DNA of 63,431 nucleotides, the filler included, from Candidatus Woesearchaeota archaeon (GTDB lineage: Archaea; Nanobdellota; Nanobdellia; Woesearchaeales; GCA-2687795), in NCBI GenBank assembly GCA_030753365.1. It is 4 parts of 4 records of this genome, joined end to end, with 100 filler letters (N's around TTAATTAATTAA, not from the genome) between each part and the next. Parts side by side here need not be neighbours in the genome. Positions count along the whole stretch, not along the records: positions 57,560 to 63,431 come from JASMCJ010000025.1; 3 more parts are not named here. The stretch is one strand, 5' to 3'. Below are positions 59,747 through 63,431 of the stretch, in pieces. A program made the position numbers and the translations under genes. Numbering within the stretch: position 1 is the first letter of the stretch; each line of letters starts with the position of its first letter. A model generated the notes under the pieces. It ran no database searches and had not been told where the DNA came from. It saw only the letters and a program-made list of their open reading frames with translations.

Positions 59747-62017
59747 ATGAAGCTCTTTGGAAGAATACTCTTCCTTGTCCTCTTCATCTTCCTTCTTACT
59801 AATCATGTTTATGCTCAAATCCTTATCACAGAGGTTATGGCAAATCCTTTAGAAGATGAAAACCTAAATGAATACATAGAAATCTACAACAATGGAACTC
59901 AAAACATAAATGTAAGCGATTGGTTCATAGGAGACAATACTGACAACGACACAATCGAAGGCGGACTATACAAGGGTTCAGGCACAATCATTCCCTCAAA
60001 AAGTTATGCGCTCATCACAGATGACATGACAAGAGTTTACAACAACTTCAACACAAGTTCAGACACAATAAGACTATACATTGACGATTCCTCTATAGGC
60101 TCTTACGGTCTCAGCAACACTGCTTATTACATCTATCTGCGCAACAGCACAGGAAACCTCATCGACAGCTTCAACTACAGCAGCACAACAGAAGGCTTAA
60201 GCTGGACAAGAGTCGGAAACAACTGGATAGAAGAGCAGCCAACCCCTGGAAACAATGGAACAATCAGCGCAGAAACAATTGAAAATAACTTATGCAACTG
60301 GCAGATAAAGATAACTTCAGACAAAAGTTTCTATGAAAACAACAGTGAAGTAGAATGGGAAGTAGAAGCTTATAAGCTTGAAGGAACAAAAGCAAACATA
60401 AGCGTAACCGGTTATATAAAAAAAACAAACGGAGACATAACAAAAGAATATCATCCTTGGACAAATACCACAATAACTTCAAAAAGAACAAGAACATACA
60501 GCCCAAACCTAGAAAACAATATTTACCTCCTGGAATACAACATAACACACCTAAGCTGCAATGACACAGATTTATCAAACAACTATTTCTCAAAATTAAT
60601 AGTAATAGGTTCTCAACAATCATCGCCAGAACAAGATATCATCCAAAACACAACCTACAGCGTGCTAAAAATAACTGAACTCCTTCCAAACCCGGAAGGC
60701 GATGACACAAAAAGCGAATGGTTAGAGCTTTACAACTCAGGAAACATCAACTTAGACCTAAAAGGCCTTAAACTAAAAGACAATTCAAACAGAAACATAA
60801 TAATCTCAGATGTAAACACAGAAGGCAGCACAATAATAAACTCTAACAGTTACAAAATAATCCATACGGGAAGTATTTTTGGATTTCTAAACAATGAAGG
60901 ATTAGAAGAAATCAGTCTATACTATGAAAACTCACTAATAACCAAAGTAAGTTACAGTGATTCAAAAGAAGGAGATTCATGGTCATTATTAGAAGACAAC
61001 TGGCAGCTAGGCATACCTTCTCCTAACTCAGAAAACATAAACAACAATTCAGGAAAAATCTCCATCTTCACCATAGAAAAAATCTATGACTTAGGAAGAT
61101 ACAACATGTCAAAGTTTGGTCAGACAATAAGGGCAAAAGTCAACATCTGGAAAGGAGACGATACCAAAAACAGTATAAGCCTTTGGGTAGAAGACAAAAA
61201 GGGTCACAGGGTAAGCAAACACTCAAAAACAAGCATCTTCACAAAATACATAAATTATGACCTCGCCTTACCCATACAAATATACCCCAACTGCAACGAA
61301 AACTACGAAGATGGAAACTACACCTTAAACATTGGCTGGACATCAGGCTATGAAATCAAAGACTCCTACAAATTCAACATCAAAGGAATAAGCAACGATG
61401 TATGCGTTGGAGAAAACAGGCCAAAGCAGGAAAGTGCAAAAAGATTCATCTATGCACTCCTCTCTTCACCAAAAGAAATTGAACCCAATAAAAAATTTGA
61501 AACAAAAGTTAAACTAACCAACAACGACAACAAAATGCATAAGATAGAAATTTGGAGCTATGTCTACAGAGGATCAAAAAGTTATTCAGGAGAAAGAGAA
61601 GAAAACAAAAAACTGCTAACCATTCCAAAAAATAATGAAATTATTGAAACCCTAAAAAACGAAGTAAAAGCAGCAAAGCCAGGAGACTACAAACTAAGAA
61701 TAATGATCATAAAAGACAACCAGAAAACGCCCTATATACTCACAGAAGATATAAGCATAATAGACTCTTCAAAAGAAACAACAGAAAACAAAACCCTCTC
61801 AACAAAACTAACCGGAAAAGCAACTTCACCTATAACCGAAGAACCTCTTGAAAGTGAGAGAACCAGTCTTCAGCCAAGAACACAACCTGGACTAATCTAT
61901 GAAAGCACATCCTCAAAATCAAATAAACTAATACCATACATTGTGATATTCACAAGCATAATATTAAATGCTATTTTAATAAAACAAATACACCTAAACA
62001 AAAACAAAAGTTTTTAA
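59747..62017 (+). CDS. Membrane-anchored surface protein with two lamin-tail domains
   Basis: ITEVMANP...EYIEIYN...PTPG and ITELLPNP...EWLELYN; signal peptide and C-terminal TM helix. Confidence 0.85.
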   Translation: MKLFGRILFLVLFIFLLTNHVYAQILITEVMANPLEDENLNEYIEIYNNGTQNINVSDWFIGDNTDNDTIEGGLYKGSGTIIPSKSYALITDDMTRVYNNFNTSSDTIRLYIDDSSIGSYGLSNTAYYIYLRNSTGNLIDSFNYSSTTEGLSWTRVGNNWIEEQPTPGNNGTISAETIENNLCNWQIKITSDKSFYENNSEVEWEVEAYKLEGTKANISVTGYIKKTNGDITKEYHPWTNTTITSKRTRTYSPNLENNIYLLEYNITHLSCNDTDLSNNYFSKLIVIGSQQSSPEQDIIQNTTYSVLKITELLPNPEGDDTKSEWLELYNSGNINLDLKGLKLKDNSNRNIIISDVNTEGSTIINSNSYKIIHTGSIFGFLNNEGLEEISLYYENSLITKVSYSDSKEGDSWSLLEDNWQLGIPSPNSENINNNSGKISIFTIEKIYDLGRYNMSKFGQTIRAKVNIWKGDDTKNSISLWVEDKKGHRVSKHSKTSIFTKYINYDLALPIQIYPNCNENYEDGNYTLNIGWTSGYEIKDSYKFNIKGISNDVCVGENRPKQESAKRFIYALLSSPKEIEPNKKFETKVKLTNNDNKMHKIEIWSYVYRGSKSYSGEREENKKLLTIPKNNEIIETLKNEVKAAKPGDYKLRIMIIKDNQKTPYILTEDISIIDSSKETTENKTLSTKLTGKATSPITEEPLESERTSLQPRTQPGLIYESTSSKSNKLIPYIVIFTSIILNAILIKQIHLNKNKSF

Positions 62018-62043
62018 ACAATTCACGCCCTCACCATCATATA

Positions 62044-62613
62044 ATGCAAGAAGAACAGCAAATCTTATCAAGAGTAATAGTTGAAATAGCTGGCAAGCCA
62101 AAAGAGCACATAGAAAGCACTATGAAACTAGTGCTCCAGAAGATAAAAGAAAGCAAGGACATAAAGATAGAAAAAGAAGAAACTTTTGACGCAAAAGAAA
62201 AAGAAGGCATCTGGAACATCTACACAGAACTTGAAATAAAAACAAAAGACATAGAAGGATTAATCGGCTTCTGCTTTGACTATATGCCATCTTCTGTAGA
62301 AATAATAGAGCCAGACAACCTAAAATTCGACACAAATTCTATAGGCCATCTCATAAACGACCTTCTCGCAAGATTACACACAGTAGATGTAACCCTCAAA
62401 AAGCTCAAATCAGACAAGATAAGCCTTGAAAGCAATGGAACAATGCTTTTAAGAAACATTATACTTATTTCAGTCAAAGAAAAGGAAAAAGATTTAAATG
62501 AAATGTCTGCATTAATAGGTATAAAACAGGAAGAATTAAAACCATTTGTTGATAGTTTAGTCAAAGAAGGCAAAATTATTGAGAATAACACTAAATATTC
62601 ATTAAAAAAGTAA
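62044..62613 (+). CDS. Hypothetical protein with a C-terminal winged-helix-like segment
   Basis: VEIAGKPKEH and FDYMPSSVEIIEP; HTH-like C-terminus. Confidence 0.75.
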   Translation: MQEEQQILSRVIVEIAGKPKEHIESTMKLVLQKIKESKDIKIEKEETFDAKEKEGIWNIYTELEIKTKDIEGLIGFCFDYMPSSVEIIEPDNLKFDTNSIGHLINDLLARLHTVDVTLKKLKSDKISLESNGTMLLRNIILISVKEKEKDLNEMSALIGIKQEELKPFVDSLVKEGKIIENNTKYSLKK

Positions 62614-62625
62614 CTTTATTTCAAA

Positions 62626-63431
62626 ATGAAAGAAGAGGTTGAAGCCCTGTTATTTTCAGCAGGCAGAAAAATGGAGGTGGAAGAGCTATCCAAGCTATGC
62701 AAATCCTCTCCAAGCGAAATAACTAAATCTTTAGGAAAGATAAAAAAAGATTACGAAGAAAGGAATTCTCCTCTTATGGTTGTCCAGGAAGGCACCAGTT
62801 GGAAACTAACAGTCTCAGAAAAATATCTTCACTTAGTGCAAAAGATAGTAACTGAAACAGAGCTAAGCAAGACAATAATGGAAACCCTTGCAGTCATAGC
62901 CTGGAAACATCCAGCACTCCAGTCAGACGTAATAAAAATAAGAACAAACAAAGCTTATGAACATCTCAAAGAACTTGAAGAAATAGGTTACATCACAAGA
63001 GCAAGAGAAGGAAGATCAAAAAAAATCAGGCTAACCCAGAAATTCTTTGATTACTTCGATTTACCAAAAGAAGAATTAGGCAAGAAATTTGAGAACGTCA
63101 ATGAAATTGCTCAGGTAATAGAAGCAAAAGAAGCTGAAATCGAAAAAATCAAGGCAGAAGCAAAAGAAGAAACCAAAAAAGCAAAAGAAAAATCATCACA
63201 AGACAATCCAGAAGTTGATTTAATTGACAAAGAAGGCCATAAGCAGAAGCTTGAAGTAGTGGATGAAACCAAAATCAAGCCCACTCAAGAAGAACTAGAC
63301 AATCTCAAAGCCATTCCAGACAAAGAAATGCTTGGAAAGCTTGAAGTAGTGGACGAAAAAGGTGAAAAGTCCTCTGCTCCAGAAGATGATACAACAGAAA
63401 CTGAAGACGAACAGCCTGAACCTGAAGAAGA
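62626..63431 (+). CDS. scpB: SMC-Scp complex subunit ScpB with an acidic tail (3' truncated; not in the ORF track)
   Basis: MKEEVEALLFSAG...ELSKTIMETLAVIAWKHP...IRTNKAYEHLKELEEIGYI...LTQKFFDYF. Confidence 0.9.
   Translation, partial: MKEEVEALLFSAGRKMEVEELSKLCKSSPSEITKSLGKIKKDYEERNSPLMVVQEGTSWKLTVSEKYLHLVQKIVTETELSKTIMETLAVIAWKHPALQSDVIKIRTNKAYEHLKELEEIGYITRAREGRSKKIRLTQKFFDYFDLPKEELGKKFENVNEIAQVIEAKEAEIEKIKAEAKEETKKAKEKSSQDNPEVDLIDKEGHKQKLEVVDETKIKPTQEELDNLKAIPDKEMLGKLEVVDEKGEKSSAPEDDTTETEDEQPEPEE

Noticed and set aside
37..62591. Numerous short antisense or overlapping ORFs in the six-frame track
   Set aside because: Shadows of well-supported genes on the opposite strand or frame, with S/F/L-rich non-protein-like composition

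Overview
AT-rich archaeal sequence, most consistent with a DPANN (Woesearchaeota-like) genome bin. This is an inference from eS1, eL34, RpoP, prefoldin, a DUF106 insertase, PolB, BHB-type tRNA introns, many S-layer/adhesin-like proteins and a bacterial-type gyrase. The window is four contigs (1-24829, 24930-51649, 51750-57459, 57560-63431) joined by artificial N-linkers, so adjacency across the linkers is meaningless. It contains housekeeping genes, a RelE-type toxin-antitoxin pair, TldD/PmbA, large surface proteins, two KaiC-like ATPases with coding anomalies, a short type IB topoisomerase next to a HerA-like ATPase, a 16-kb bacterial-style purine biosynthesis operon, PolB and gyrA carrying two inteins. 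Most notable: (1) a Fic gene bracketed by two copies of a 12-15-12 palindromic site, each abutting a stop codon, which looks like an excisable single-gene cassette; (2) three tRNA genes each with two introns, including a tRNA-Glu acceptor-stem intron whose splice motif needs the 5' leader; (3) a dispersed REP/IS605-end-like repeat family that also supplies an identical RBS and start codon to two unrelated genes; (4) internally duplicated PurM and PurE. All calls come from reading motifs; no database searches were run.
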